Positions 39,726-49,390 of a DNA stretch of 64,000 bases are shown here, piece after piece. Made by a program: the position numbers and the translations under genes. Origin of the DNA: Fidelibacterota bacterium (GTDB lineage: Bacteria > Fidelibacterota > UBA2242); NCBI GenBank assembly GCA_049975265.1, contig JBNGDF010000001.1, positions 1-64,000 on the forward strand. The letters are read 5' to 3'. Positions within the stretch are counted from its first letter, which is position 1. The number at the start of each line of letters is the position of its first letter. A model generated the notes under the pieces. The model saw only the letters and a list, made by a program, of their open reading frames with translations. It was not told the origin of the DNA and made no database searches.

Positions 39726-40313
39726 GTGGTCACTCTGGGTATTACCGGCGGTCTGGGCGCCGGAAAAAGCACCGCCTGTCAGCGTCTCAAAGAAAAGGGA
39801 GCTGTCATTTTTGATGCCGATAAAATCGCCAAAGAGATTCTCAAAGAACCGTCCGTTCAGAAAGCGATTCAGGACGAATTTGGGATCGACGTCCTTCATA
39901 ACGGGGTGGTTGATACCGGCAAACTGGCTCGGATCGCCTTTGCCAATGAAGAAAACCAATCGGCGCTCAACAACATTGTCCACCCTTATGTAATTGAACG
40001 GTTCGAGACAATGCGGGAAACTCTGGCGGATCGGGATGGTCTGTTGGTCATTGATGCACCCCTGATTTTCGAATCGGGAATCGACGGACACCTCGATCAT
40101 ACGGTGCTGATCTATTCCACCATGAAGCTGCGGATCGCCCGCGCCCTGCGCCGGGGAAATTTAACCCGCGAGCAGATTTTGCAGCGCATGGCATTACAGA
40201 TGCCGGAAGAGGAAAAACGGGAGTTGGCCGATTTTGTGGTGGAAAATAACAGTACCGTCGAACATCTCTACGAAGAGATCGATAAACTGTACACCGGTAT
40301 TATGGGCGATTAA
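39726..40313 (+). CDS. coaE: Dephospho-CoA kinase
   Basis: GITGGLGAGKS, DAD, IVHP, DAPLIFE. Confidence 0.94.
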   Translation: MVTLGITGGLGAGKSTACQRLKEKGAVIFDADKIAKEILKEPSVQKAIQDEFGIDVLHNGVVDTGKLARIAFANEENQSALNNIVHPYVIERFETMRETLADRDGLLVIDAPLIFESGIDGHLDHTVLIYSTMKLRIARALRRGNLTREQILQRMALQMPEEEKRELADFVVENNSTVEHLYEEIDKLYTGIMGD

Positions 40314-40405
40314 AAACCTGCCTGTCCAGACAAAACTCAACTCCGCCGGAACAACTCGCCATTTTAGAGGCTTGAATTTTCTACGGTTTTCGTAAATTTG
40401 AGCCG

Positions 40406-43400
40406 ATGACTCACTACCTGTTACATAAAGCCCGCCGATTGATCTTTGCCCTCCTGCTAAGCGCACTTCCGACCATTTCAGCGGCGATATCCATCAGCGG
40501 GCTAAGTCTCGAAGGGGAATCCGATCTCTGTCAATGCATCAATCATGCCCCCATATTCCGCTGGCAACTCTCGGATTCCACCCGGGAGCTGTCGTTCCTT
40601 ATACAACTCCACAAGCAGCAAGGCGACCGTGATTCACTAATTTGGGATAGTGATACCATCACCTGTTCCGGAAATCATTTCCAATATCGCAGTCTGGGTA
40701 CACTCCGCAACGGTGAAACCTACCGCCTCTCCATCCAGACATTGGATAATCAAAATGGCTCAACAGATGAAACGTCGCTCACATTTACCATGAATACACC
40801 GCCTACCGTTCCCCGAGTCGACCCCAAAAAGCCACCGGTTGCAAAAGGGAATTTTCTACGGCTACCTCCGATAACGGCGACGGACCGGCAAATTCTGGAT
40901 TCTGACATTGCATTTCAGCTGCAAATTTATCCCGACTCTCTGCTTACCGCACCCATATTGGACACTCTTCTGCCGGGGAGCGCTGCTGTCCATGACCAGA
41001 TCATCCCACTGCCGACGGGAACGCTTCAGGACAACTCTTTCGGCTTTTTCCGGCTCCGTTCGTACGACGGTGTTGAATTTTCCAACTGGAGTCCGGTCCG
41101 GAACTTCCCAAACAATGTCAGAAACGATCCACCCCGCGATTTTGATCTGGTTGCACCCCTGTACGGGGACACACTATCAGACATACCGATTTTTCGCTGG
41201 CAGGCTGCCGAGGATCCGGATGTTGTTTTCGGAAATGACAGCCTCCGGTATATTATCGAATATTCCACCGATTCCACCTTTCATTATTATGTAAACACAA
41301 TTACCGTCGGCGGACACCGGACGGAATTCGCCCTGGAAAAAGTTGTCAATCATGAGACCTATTACTGGCGGGTTTGGGCGATGGATACAGAGGGGGCTAC
41401 CCGGCGGAGCCGGCACACAGGGCGATTTACCGTTAATACCGGTAATCGGACACCGGCGGCTCCAAAAATCCTGGCACCTCTCGATAAACAGGTATTGACA
41501 CCTACGCAGTACATTCTCTGGCGTTTCGAGGATGACCCGGACAGTGCCGACCGGTTGTCTTTTACCGTAATTATTCTTGATTCCATCACAAAGGAGACGG
41601 TTTTTGAGGAGGTACTTTCCGATTCACTGGTAACCGTCTCCCGCTTCGGTCTGGCGGAGGATTTTAGTATCGGATACAACAATATCGCCCAATATCAGCT
41701 CCGACGCATTGACCCGACGCGATTGTCTGACGGTCACTACTACACCGTTCAGGTTATAGCCAGCGATAACTGGGGCGGGTTCGCCACCTCCACCCGCGAC
41801 AATGCCATGTTTCGCTATGACGATAACATCAACACCGCTCCAGAGGCACCGCAGTCCGGGTTTTTCCCCCATAACATGACTGTCCGTCACCTGCGCCCGA
41901 CGTTCGGCTGGGACGCCGCTGTGGACAAGGATGTCAACGACCGTTTGAAGTACCGGGTCCAGATCAGCCGGGATTCCACCTTTTCCAACCGGCGCTATAT
42001 CGTTCAGGAAAGCCGTTACAGCCAGACGAGTCTTCGCCTGAGAACTACGCTTCTTGAAAACACTACCTATTACTGGCGGGTACGCTCCATCGATCTGGAA
42101 GAGGCTACCTCGCCCTGGTCTTCTGTCATGCATTTCACCGTGAATCAATACAATGAGGCGCCCGACGGTATTGTCACGCTGGCAGCGCCATCTGATCTTT
42201 CCGAAATTGCGGATTCCAGCTGGATAAAATGGTTGCCTGTCTTTGATCCCGATCCTGAAGATTCGGTACATTATATTATTGAAATCAGCACAAAAACTAC
42301 CTTCTACAGCCCGCTCGTCCAAACCCGTCTCTCCACGCCACCTCATCCCGCTGATATCTGCCACACAGATACCCTTGCTGTTCGTTTTTCTACCATTGGC
42401 GCCAATAAAAAAATCAGTGACAATCACCTGTATTTCTGGCGCATTCTGGCTTGTGACAGATTCAATGTCTGCGGACCGGCTCCGGACTCACCAAACCGTT
42501 TTATCTATAATCCAATAAACGATCCGCCCTTCAGTGTCTCCCGCGGATTTCGCCCCGCCAACGGCGCAATTGTCAATAGTCGTACGCCATTGCTATCCTG
42601 GTATTCTGCCAGTGATCCGGACTTTTCAGATTTACAAATGAATCTCTCCTATAAGATTCAGATCGCCCGTGACGGGCTTTTTCAGGACGAGAAATTGCGA
42701 GAATATCAGACCGCCCCAGGTGACACCAGCTACAATGTTTCCCAGCCCCTCGCTGAAAACCAAAAATACTTTTACCGCATCCAGACCGTCGATTCCCATG
42801 GCGCTACCTCTGGCTGGTCCACCATTAATTCGTTTATTACAAACGAATTTCCTGAGCCTCCCTTCCCGGTCTCCACCGGCTTTAGCCCGAAAGATTCTGT
42901 CATCGTCACCTCCTCCGATCCACTGATTACCTGGCTGCCGACATCAGATCCCGACCCCGGACAGTATTCCCGCGATCTCTTTTACACCCTGCGCTATTTC
43001 CGGACCGCCAAACCATCCAAATACTTTGACATCTTCAGCGAAAAAGGCGTAACCAGTGTTCAGCTGGCTTACCTCAAAGAAGATCACTACTACGGATACC
43101 GGGTCGCAGCGGTCGATCCCGACGGGCTCCAAAGCGACTGGTCAGACATCCACTATTTCGGTGTCGATGCCGTTCCGCAATATCCCACAGAGTTTCAGCT
43201 GCTCTCGCCCCGTTATTACCAGGATTCGGTACGAACCGATTTCAAATTTCAGTGGCAGGCCAGCCGTGATCAAGACCTTGGCGACAAAATCCAATACACG
43301 TTTCACTACTCCACCGACAGCAGCTTCAGCTCCAGTACCTTCGAGGCTGTGGTCGAATCCGAAGATACTCTGATCGTCGAATACCAGCCCGCCATTCCCC

Positions 43401-43816
43401 TGGAACGGGAGAAGAAATATTTCTGGAGAGTCGTTGCCACCGACATGGGTGGTCATCAGACCTGGGGCTCAAACAGCCGCGATAATCCTTTTGTCTTTAC
43501 CACCATCGGCTACAGAAGAGCTCCCAACCTGGTCCCGCAGCAGTTTATGCTGTATCAAAATTATCCAAATCCCTTCAACCAGGTAACGAAAATCAAATAT
43601 GTGGTTTCCGAACTGGGAACCGTTGAAGTGAGCATTTATGATATCCTTGGTCAGAAGGTTCGCTCGCTGGCGGATGGGCGGCATCAACCAGGCATCTACG
43701 AGGTCGTCTGGGACGGAACCGACAACAGCGGCATCGCCGTTCCCGGCGGCATGTACATTTGCCGCATGCATGCCCGGAACTTCAGCTCCCATAAAAAGGT
43801 ATTATTAATGAAATGA
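40406..43816 (+). CDS. Large secreted repeat protein (about 8-9 Fn3/Ig-like modules) with FlgD-Ig/T9SS-type C-terminal domain
   Basis: Signal peptide; repeated W..A.DPD...Y...YYWRV...D...WS...F modules; C-terminus LYQNYPNPFN...IYDILGQKVRSL...WDG...GMY...KKVLLMK. Confidence 0.85.
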   Translation: MTHYLLHKARRLIFALLLSALPTISAAISISGLSLEGESDLCQCINHAPIFRWQLSDSTRELSFLIQLHKQQGDRDSLIWDSDTITCSGNHFQYRSLGTLRNGETYRLSIQTLDNQNGSTDETSLTFTMNTPPTVPRVDPKKPPVAKGNFLRLPPITATDRQILDSDIAFQLQIYPDSLLTAPILDTLLPGSAAVHDQIIPLPTGTLQDNSFGFFRLRSYDGVEFSNWSPVRNFPNNVRNDPPRDFDLVAPLYGDTLSDIPIFRWQAAEDPDVVFGNDSLRYIIEYSTDSTFHYYVNTITVGGHRTEFALEKVVNHETYYWRVWAMDTEGATRRSRHTGRFTVNTGNRTPAAPKILAPLDKQVLTPTQYILWRFEDDPDSADRLSFTVIILDSITKETVFEEVLSDSLVTVSRFGLAEDFSIGYNNIAQYQLRRIDPTRLSDGHYYTVQVIASDNWGGFATSTRDNAMFRYDDNINTAPEAPQSGFFPHNMTVRHLRPTFGWDAAVDKDVNDRLKYRVQISRDSTFSNRRYIVQESRYSQTSLRLRTTLLENTTYYWRVRSIDLEEATSPWSSVMHFTVNQYNEAPDGIVTLAAPSDLSEIADSSWIKWLPVFDPDPEDSVHYIIEISTKTTFYSPLVQTRLSTPPHPADICHTDTLAVRFSTIGANKKISDNHLYFWRILACDRFNVCGPAPDSPNRFIYNPINDPPFSVSRGFRPANGAIVNSRTPLLSWYSASDPDFSDLQMNLSYKIQIARDGLFQDEKLREYQTAPGDTSYNVSQPLAENQKYFYRIQTVDSHGATSGWSTINSFITNEFPEPPFPVSTGFSPKDSVIVTSSDPLITWLPTSDPDPGQYSRDLFYTLRYFRTAKPSKYFDIFSEKGVTSVQLAYLKEDHYYGYRVAAVDPDGLQSDWSDIHYFGVDAVPQYPTEFQLLSPRYYQDSVRTDFKFQWQASRDQDLGDKIQYTFHYSTDSSFSSSTFEAVVESEDTLIVEYQPAIPLEREKKYFWRVVATDMGGHQTWGSNSRDNPFVFTTIGYRRAPNLVPQQFMLYQNYPNPFNQVTKIKYVVSELGTVEVSIYDILGQKVRSLADGRHQPGIYEVVWDGTDNSGIAVPGGMYICRMHARNFSSHKKVLLMK

Positions 43817-43821
43817 AAATT

Positions 43822-44259
43822 TTATATGGAATCCGCCAGACTTTCCAAAAACTCAATATAGTGAGACGGCAGCGACCAGTAGTACGCCTGTTCGAGAACT
43901 ATTTCCTGGAGACCGCGGTTAACTATCTGATTTGAACCGATTTCCGTAATATACATAAATGCCGCAGCGGTCCGGCTGTCCAGAAAGCGGACCTTGCGTG
44001 TTATCTTTTCAAAATCCCCCAGTGAATCCGCCTCTTTCTGATCGAGGAAGTGAATATCCCGCATCGATAAGCACCAGACAATTCCCCATACGGTGGACGA
44101 ATCGTCCGCTACTATCGTCAACTTTCCCTGCGAATTAAACGCCAGCCGGTATCCCGGCAGCTCCGCTACGCCTTCAAAAGCAACCCCCGGACATATACCC
44201 CGGATAATATCCTCGTTCATATTATCGGCGTAGGCAAAATAGAGCCGAGAATTATTCAT
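43822..44259 (-). CDS. Gamma-glutamylcyclotransferase-like protein
   Basis: YFAYAxNM, LPGYRLAF, VWGIVW, LDQKE. The canonical YFAYGSN is altered to YFAYADN. Confidence 0.75.
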   Translation of the reverse strand: MNNSRLYFAYADNMNEDIIRGICPGVAFEGVAELPGYRLAFNSQGKLTIVADDSSTVWGIVWCLSMRDIHFLDQKEADSLGDFEKITRKVRFLDSRTAAAFMYITEIGSNQIVNRGLQEIVLEQAYYWSLPSHYIEFLESLADSI

Positions 44260-44384
44260 ATCCCCATCTCCCAAAAATTTTCCCTTTCAAAATGCCTATA
44301 AAAATATTAACAGATACTCCCAAAATGCAAGTGGATTGTGAAAAAATATGATGTTGGGAAAATGCCATCCATACTATCGCCGAT

Positions 44385-45764
44385 CTACCGAAAAGCCAGC
44401 CGGGCAAAAAAGTGTCGTAGCGGCGACTCCTGTTGATCAACCAAAACCATCCCCCGCAAATGTTCGCGCCGGGCATACAGCTCCGTCACTGCACGGGCAA
44501 CGTACTCCAGATGACCACCGGTATAAACCCGCCGCGGCAATGCCAGCCGCATCAAATCCAGTTCCGGATATATCCACCGCCCGCTTTGCAGGTCTTTACG
44601 CGCAAACATCAGACTACCCACCTCCGTAGCACGAATACCGGATTCCAGATAGAGATTTACCACCAGCGTCTGTCCGGGAAATTCCGCCTGCGGGATATGC
44701 GGTAAAAATTTGCGCGCATTTACGTAAACCGCATGCCCGCCGGTGGGCTTCAGAATCGGTACACCGCCATCTTCAAGCAACCGACCCAGATAGTTCACCT
44801 GTCCGATACGGTATGCCAGATAATCTTCATCCTGAACCTCTTCAAGCCCGCGGGCAATCGCCTCCAGGTCGCGCCCTGCCAGACCGCCGTAGGTCAGAAA
44901 CCCCTCTGTCAAAATCAGCTTTTCTTTGAGTGGTACCATCAGAGCAGGGTCATTAAAAGCAATAAAGCCACCGATATTTACAATGGCATCTTTCTTGGCA
45001 CTCATGGTGCAACCATCGGCATAGGAGAACATCTCCCTGACGATCTCAGAAATTTTACGGTCCCTATACCCGGATTCCCGCCGCTGAATAAAAAAAGCGT
45101 TCTCGGCAAACCGGCAGGCGTCCAGGAACAGAGGTACATCATAGCGGTTACACAGAGCCCGGACCTGCCGCAGATTCTCCATGGAGACCGGCTGCCCGCC
45201 GCCGGAATTATTGGTCACGGTGATAAAGACCACCGGCACGTTTTCACGTTCCCCGCCTGCAAGGAGCTCTTCCAGCTTCCCAACATCCATATCGCCCTTG
45301 AAAGGGTATTCCCGCTCGGGGTCTTTCCCCTCTTCGATCACCAGGTCCAGCGGAATTCCGCCATTGGCCAGAACATTTGCCCGGGTAGTATCAAAATGAT
45401 TGTTGTTGGGGACCGTCATCCCGGGTTTTACTATCGTCGAAAAAAGCAGGTTTTCGGCGACGCGTCCCTGATGGGTGGGAATGACAAACTGTTTGCCGGT
45501 CAAATCCTTAACCGTCTCTTCAAAGTGATACCAGTTGCGACAATGCGCATAGGATTCATCTCCCAGTTGCATACCAGCCCACTGATTATCACTCATTGCT
45601 CCGGTTCCACTGTCGGTCAAAAGATCAATGTATACCATTTCAGAGGGAATGTTGAACAGATTGTAACCGGCTTTTTCGAGAATGGTCTGTCGTTCAGAAC
45701 GGGTGGTTTTCCTGATCGGCTCAATCACCTTGATTCTGAAGGGTTCGGGAATATATTTTTCCAT
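44385..45764 (-). CDS. tnaA: Tryptophanase (beta-eliminating lyase)
   Basis: IDLLTDSGT, GDESYA, HQGR and PLP lysine MSAKKD. HFDTTR and LRHF match tryptophanase rather than tyrosine phenol-lyase (YFTTTR / LRFF). Confidence 0.88.
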   Translation of the reverse strand: MEKYIPEPFRIKVIEPIRKTTRSERQTILEKAGYNLFNIPSEMVYIDLLTDSGTGAMSDNQWAGMQLGDESYAHCRNWYHFEETVKDLTGKQFVIPTHQGRVAENLLFSTIVKPGMTVPNNNHFDTTRANVLANGGIPLDLVIEEGKDPEREYPFKGDMDVGKLEELLAGGERENVPVVFITVTNNSGGGQPVSMENLRQVRALCNRYDVPLFLDACRFAENAFFIQRRESGYRDRKISEIVREMFSYADGCTMSAKKDAIVNIGGFIAFNDPALMVPLKEKLILTEGFLTYGGLAGRDLEAIARGLEEVQDEDYLAYRIGQVNYLGRLLEDGGVPILKPTGGHAVYVNARKFLPHIPQAEFPGQTLVVNLYLESGIRATEVGSLMFARKDLQSGRWIYPELDLMRLALPRRVYTGGHLEYVARAVTELYARREHLRGMVLVDQQESPLRHFFARLAFR

Positions 45765-45768
45765 CTTG

Positions 45769-45846
45769 ACGTCTCTCCTGTTAGATCGTTGGTTTATGAC
45801 AATATCAATCCCGTCAACGATCTAACTGGGAGCCCGCCGCAGACGT
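45769..45846 (-). promoter_or_regulatory. Structured tnaA leader that pairs over the Shine-Dalgarno
   Basis: Perfect 12-bp inverted repeat 45780-45791 / 45815-45826, extended by CTCC/GGAG and ACGTCT/AGACGT. Confidence 0.6.
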
Positions 45847-45913
45847 GCAAAGTAATATTTTTCAGATAAGAAATCGCCGTTCCAGGATAGCATGGTATTC
45901 CGGTGAATTGTAT

Positions 45914-46210
45914 CTATCTCGATTTCTTTTTTATATCTTTCTGCAATTTTTTCAATGTCTTGTTCGCGTCCCGCTCGCCCTCTTTCAGAAGTCTCTCGCT
46001 CTTCTTTAGTATCTTTTCACCCTGCCTGATCAACTCGGATTTCTGGGCTTCATTATAGGAAACACCGACAGCCACCGCTAAAATAATAAAAGAAATCAGC
46101 GCCCACTTCACCAGTTTTCTGAACACCATAAACAGAAATAGAATCAGAACCGCCACGAGCGCCAGGGCGATAATCGGATTGACTGAGAGATAATCGATCC
46201 AGTTTTCCAT
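45914..46210 (-). CDS. Small hypothetical membrane protein (2 TM plus basic coiled tail)
   Basis: 98 aa ORF with strong SD GGAGGG, downstream of padR. Confidence 0.75.
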   Translation of the reverse strand: MENWIDYLSVNPIIALALVAVLILFLFMVFRKLVKWALISFIILAVAVGVSYNEAQKSELIRQGEKILKKSERLLKEGERDANKTLKKLQKDIKKKSR

Positions 46211-46225
46211 TTTCCCTCCCGTTGA

Positions 46226-46741
46226 TTACAAAAGAGACAACAGCTCTCGGGTCCATTTGCGCTCCGCCTGCCAGAGAGACAGCGGACGCGAAAGCATAGC
46301 CCTCTCCAGCATACTGGGATTGTTGATACTGGTCAGCTCCTTGACTTTCGTCTGGATCAGGCGGCTTAACTCAGAGTCGTAGAGCGATAGCGCCTCCTTC
46401 ATTTCGTGCCGGTCCAGCACATCACCGAACCGCAAGCCGGTTTCAAACAGACTGGCTTCCGGTCGCGGTTGCGACAGGACTTTTTTAATCTCCTCCGTAA
46501 AAACCTGGCGCCCCTTAAAGGTCATCGCATAGACCCGCCGACCGGGAAGATTTTCCTGCGGCTTGAAATGACTTTCCAGAAAACCGGCTTTCTCCAGTTT
46601 CTTCAGGGTAGAATAGATCGTGGAAAATCCGATTTTCATGCGATCACGAATGCTTCTATCAACGATTTCCTTCTCAACATGATAGGCGTGGCACGGTTTC
46701 TTTTGAATGATTCCAAGTACCGTTAGTTCGAGTTGCGTCAT
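46226..46741 (-). CDS. PadR family transcriptional regulator
   Basis: LTVLGII, STIYSTLKKLEKAG, RRVYAMTFKG and a C-terminal dimerisation helix. Confidence 0.9.
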   Translation of the reverse strand: MTQLELTVLGIIQKKPCHAYHVEKEIVDRSIRDRMKIGFSTIYSTLKKLEKAGFLESHFKPQENLPGRRVYAMTFKGRQVFTEEIKKVLSQPRPEASLFETGLRFGDVLDRHEMKEALSLYDSELSRLIQTKVKELTSINNPSMLERAMLSRPLSLWQAERKWTRELLSLL

Positions 46742-46842
46742 CTATTCCATTCCAAAAATATTACCTGCGGACAATAGCAAATTTAACGGAATTTCCGGTT
46801 TAATTGCAAAAAAACTTCCGCAAGGCGCGGCTCCTGTTCAAA

Positions 46843-47550
46843 TCATTTGGAATCAATGTCACGGTTCACCCGATATTCACTAAATCCAATCGTAATCCTG
46901 CCGGTTACTGGTTCACCACCCGTCCGTCCATCGAAGTACCCGACAGGAGATTCGATGGACGGACGCTGCATTTCCGGAATCGGTTTTTGCATTCTGAGAT
47001 CGACAATTGTTGTTTCGGGTAACCAGAATTTCTCATACTGTCGATACTGAATGGTTATCATCGTTTCCACTATATCGGGTCTCCTCATCACAATCTTATC
47101 CAGGCTCCAGCGCTGCGGATTGATCCAGAGGGTTGTGGTCATTTTCGATCCCTTTTCAAGCGGCTGAAGCCGCAGAATATAGACACCATCCTCATTCTGA
47201 CCGGGCTGGCTTTCCAGTTCGATGGTTGACTTTTCTGTCAGCTCCTCGATCTGGGATGGGGCAAGCCCGATCCTGGGTAACATGGCGAATCCATCCGTTT
47301 CGACATGGAATTTGTCAGGTTTCGTATAAAAGAGGCGCAGCTCCTTATCCGGCATCCGCAGATTCGGAATATCTGCCGAAACCGTCACCGTCACCGAATA
47401 GTTCTCAATGGATTCAAGGCCCGAACGGACCATTTTCAGAATACCCGCCGGTTCGGAAAAAGGCTGAGCCGGTAAGCCGCTCCAGATACCCGACAGCAGA
47501 CCGATAATGCAAATTTTACAAACAGGTTTGACAAATTTTGGATTCATCAC
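46843..47550 (-). CDS. LolA-like / outer-membrane lipoprotein-sorting fold periplasmic protein
   Basis: Signal peptide; YTKPDKFHVET, TTLWINPQRW, QYEKFWLP...FSEYRVN pattern. Confidence 0.6.
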   Translation of the reverse strand: MMNPKFVKPVCKICIIGLLSGIWSGLPAQPFSEPAGILKMVRSGLESIENYSVTVTVSADIPNLRMPDKELRLFYTKPDKFHVETDGFAMLPRIGLAPSQIEELTEKSTIELESQPGQNEDGVYILRLQPLEKGSKMTTTLWINPQRWSLDKIVMRRPDIVETMITIQYRQYEKFWLPETTIVDLRMQKPIPEMQRPSIESPVGYFDGRTGGEPVTGRITIGFSEYRVNRDIDSK

Positions 47551-48392
47551 GATAAAATATCTTTCCGTATAAACACCAGCATACTCAGTACATAAAAGCC
47601 GGCAATATAGCCCGCCAGACAGAGTACTTTGTGCGCAATCTCGCCCCAGGGAATCGGATCGGCGAAAGGCGCAAAGAATACATCAAAATAGGTTGTAAAC
47701 AGATAGGGACGGATAACATTCAGCGCATCAATCTGAATGACCGACAGAATCAACGCCGCTACCAGTACGGCATAGGTACCGATGATCGGGCCGATTCCAT
47801 TGCCAGCTATGGTGGAAAAGAAAAACGTCAGCGCCGCCACCACCATCTGAACCACCACCGCCAGTCCATAGGCGATTACAAAACGGACAAGCGCCTCATT
47901 CTGCGAGAGAATCAGGATACCTTTATCAAAAACAAACAGGTCTCCGCCCCCAACAATCAATAACCCCGATCCGACGCAGATAAGCCCCAGATAGAATACG
48001 ATGACAACGGTATAGAAAAAAGTGGCGATAAACTTCGAGGTAAGGATTTGGAAACGGGATATCGGGCGGGTCATCAGTATCCGAAACGTCCCCGCTGACG
48101 CCTCACCCGCCATAATATCACCCCCCACCAATACAATGAAAAAGGGAAAGTGAACCCACAATACATTCATCAGATAGTAGGAAACCAACAAGCCGTTCAC
48201 CAGCGTACCGACAAACATAACTGAATCACCAAGCGGCTGCAGCGCCTGATCCTGTACATCAAAGCCGAAACGGTGTACCAGATACATTATTACCGGTACC
48301 AGCAGTGTGATCGTAGCAAAACCGATATATGTCCGCATGCGGTTAAAAATCTTTAAAATTTCGAAATAGGTCGCTTTAATCAGCAGAATCAT
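47547..48392 (-). CDS. ABC-2 type exporter permease
   Basis: AGEASAGTFRILMTRPISR...SKF, FIRKDI; about 6 TM helices. Confidence 0.85.
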   Translation of the reverse strand: MILLIKATYFEILKIFNRMRTYIGFATITLLVPVIMYLVHRFGFDVQDQALQPLGDSVMFVGTLVNGLLVSYYLMNVLWVHFPFFIVLVGGDIMAGEASAGTFRILMTRPISRFQILTSKFIATFFYTVVIVFYLGLICVGSGLLIVGGGDLFVFDKGILILSQNEALVRFVIAYGLAVVVQMVVAALTFFFSTIAGNGIGPIIGTYAVLVAALILSVIQIDALNVIRPYLFTTYFDVFFAPFADPIPWGEIAHKVLCLAGYIAGFYVLSMLVFIRKDILS

Positions 48393-49307
48393 TTATTGTC
48401 CGTGCCGGATTTTCAACAGGGTTAAATAGTAATCTTCCAGCGACGTGCGGGGAACGATCGAGAATATCTTGAAACCGCTACGCACCAGGCATTCCGATAA
48501 AAGCGGACGGCTATCCGCATTCAGGTGGACTTTCAAAACCCCCTCCTCAAGGGCTATGTCGTCGAGCCATTCCTCGTTTTTCAGCAGCCGAAAGGCAGCG
48601 TCGGGACGATCGACCTGTACCTCGGTTACATAAAAATCCGTCTGACCCAGCAGATCCTTCACGGAACCCTGTACCACCATGGAACCATTATCGATAATCG
48701 CCATATGGGAGCAGACCTGCTCAACTTCGTGCAGCAGATGAGATGACAATAAAATGGTCATCTTCCTCTCGTGAGCCAGCAATATGATCAGCTCCCGGAT
48801 TTCATGGATTCCCTCCGGATCAAGCCCGGAAGTCGGTTCATCGAGAATCACCAGTTCCGGATCATGCAAAAGAGCCTGAGCGATTCCCAGCCGCTGCTTC
48901 ATACCATGGGAATAGTTACGTACATCCTCCCGTGCCCGGTCCTGCAGTCCGACGATTTCGAGCACTTCCTGTATCCGGTGGCGGCTTTGGCAGCCGCTCA
49001 GAGCAGCCAAAATATTCAGATTCTTTTCAGCACTCAGATACAGATAAAAGTCTGGTTTCTCCACCAGAGCACCGATGCGGGCATAGATCTTCTGTCCGGA
49101 GCAGCCTACCTTATGCGACAACAGCTCAAAGGTTCCGGCGCTCGGGCGGATCAGATTCAAGAGCATACGGATCGTGGTACTTTTCCCGGCACCATTTGGT
49201 CCCAGGAAACCGAAAATCTGTCCCTTTTCAACCGTCAGGTTCAGGTCCTTCACAGCCCAGCGGTTTCCAAACCGCTTTCCCAAATCATAGGTCTTTATTA
49301 CCATCAT
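48393..49307 (-). CDS. ABC exporter ATP-binding protein (BcrA-like)
   Basis: GPNGAGKST, YSHGMKQRLG, ILDEPTSGLDP, SSHLL. Confidence 0.92.
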   Translation of the reverse strand: MMVIKTYDLGKRFGNRWAVKDLNLTVEKGQIFGFLGPNGAGKSTTIRMLLNLIRPSAGTFELLSHKVGCSGQKIYARIGALVEKPDFYLYLSAEKNLNILAALSGCQSRHRIQEVLEIVGLQDRAREDVRNYSHGMKQRLGIAQALLHDPELVILDEPTSGLDPEGIHEIRELIILLAHERKMTILLSSHLLHEVEQVCSHMAIIDNGSMVVQGSVKDLLGQTDFYVTEVQVDRPDAAFRLLKNEEWLDDIALEEGVLKVHLNADSRPLLSECLVRSGFKIFSIVPRTSLEDYYLTLLKIRHGQ

Positions 49308-49390
49308 TGACCCCAAAATCGGGTGTCAATTTAAGGTTAAAGGAAACAGAATCCAACGGAATGTTTACCGGCTTTTCCTGTCAGGAAGGA

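Noticed and set aside
44733..45869. 378 aa plus-strand ORF
   Set aside because: Antisense shadow of tnaA with no motifs. The same applies to 13056-13880, 14489-15508, 41624-42427 and 57762-58502.
45822..45893. Calling the tnaA uORF a tnaC ortholog
   Set aside because: It lacks TnaC W12/D16/P24 spacing; kept only as a hypothesis under findings.
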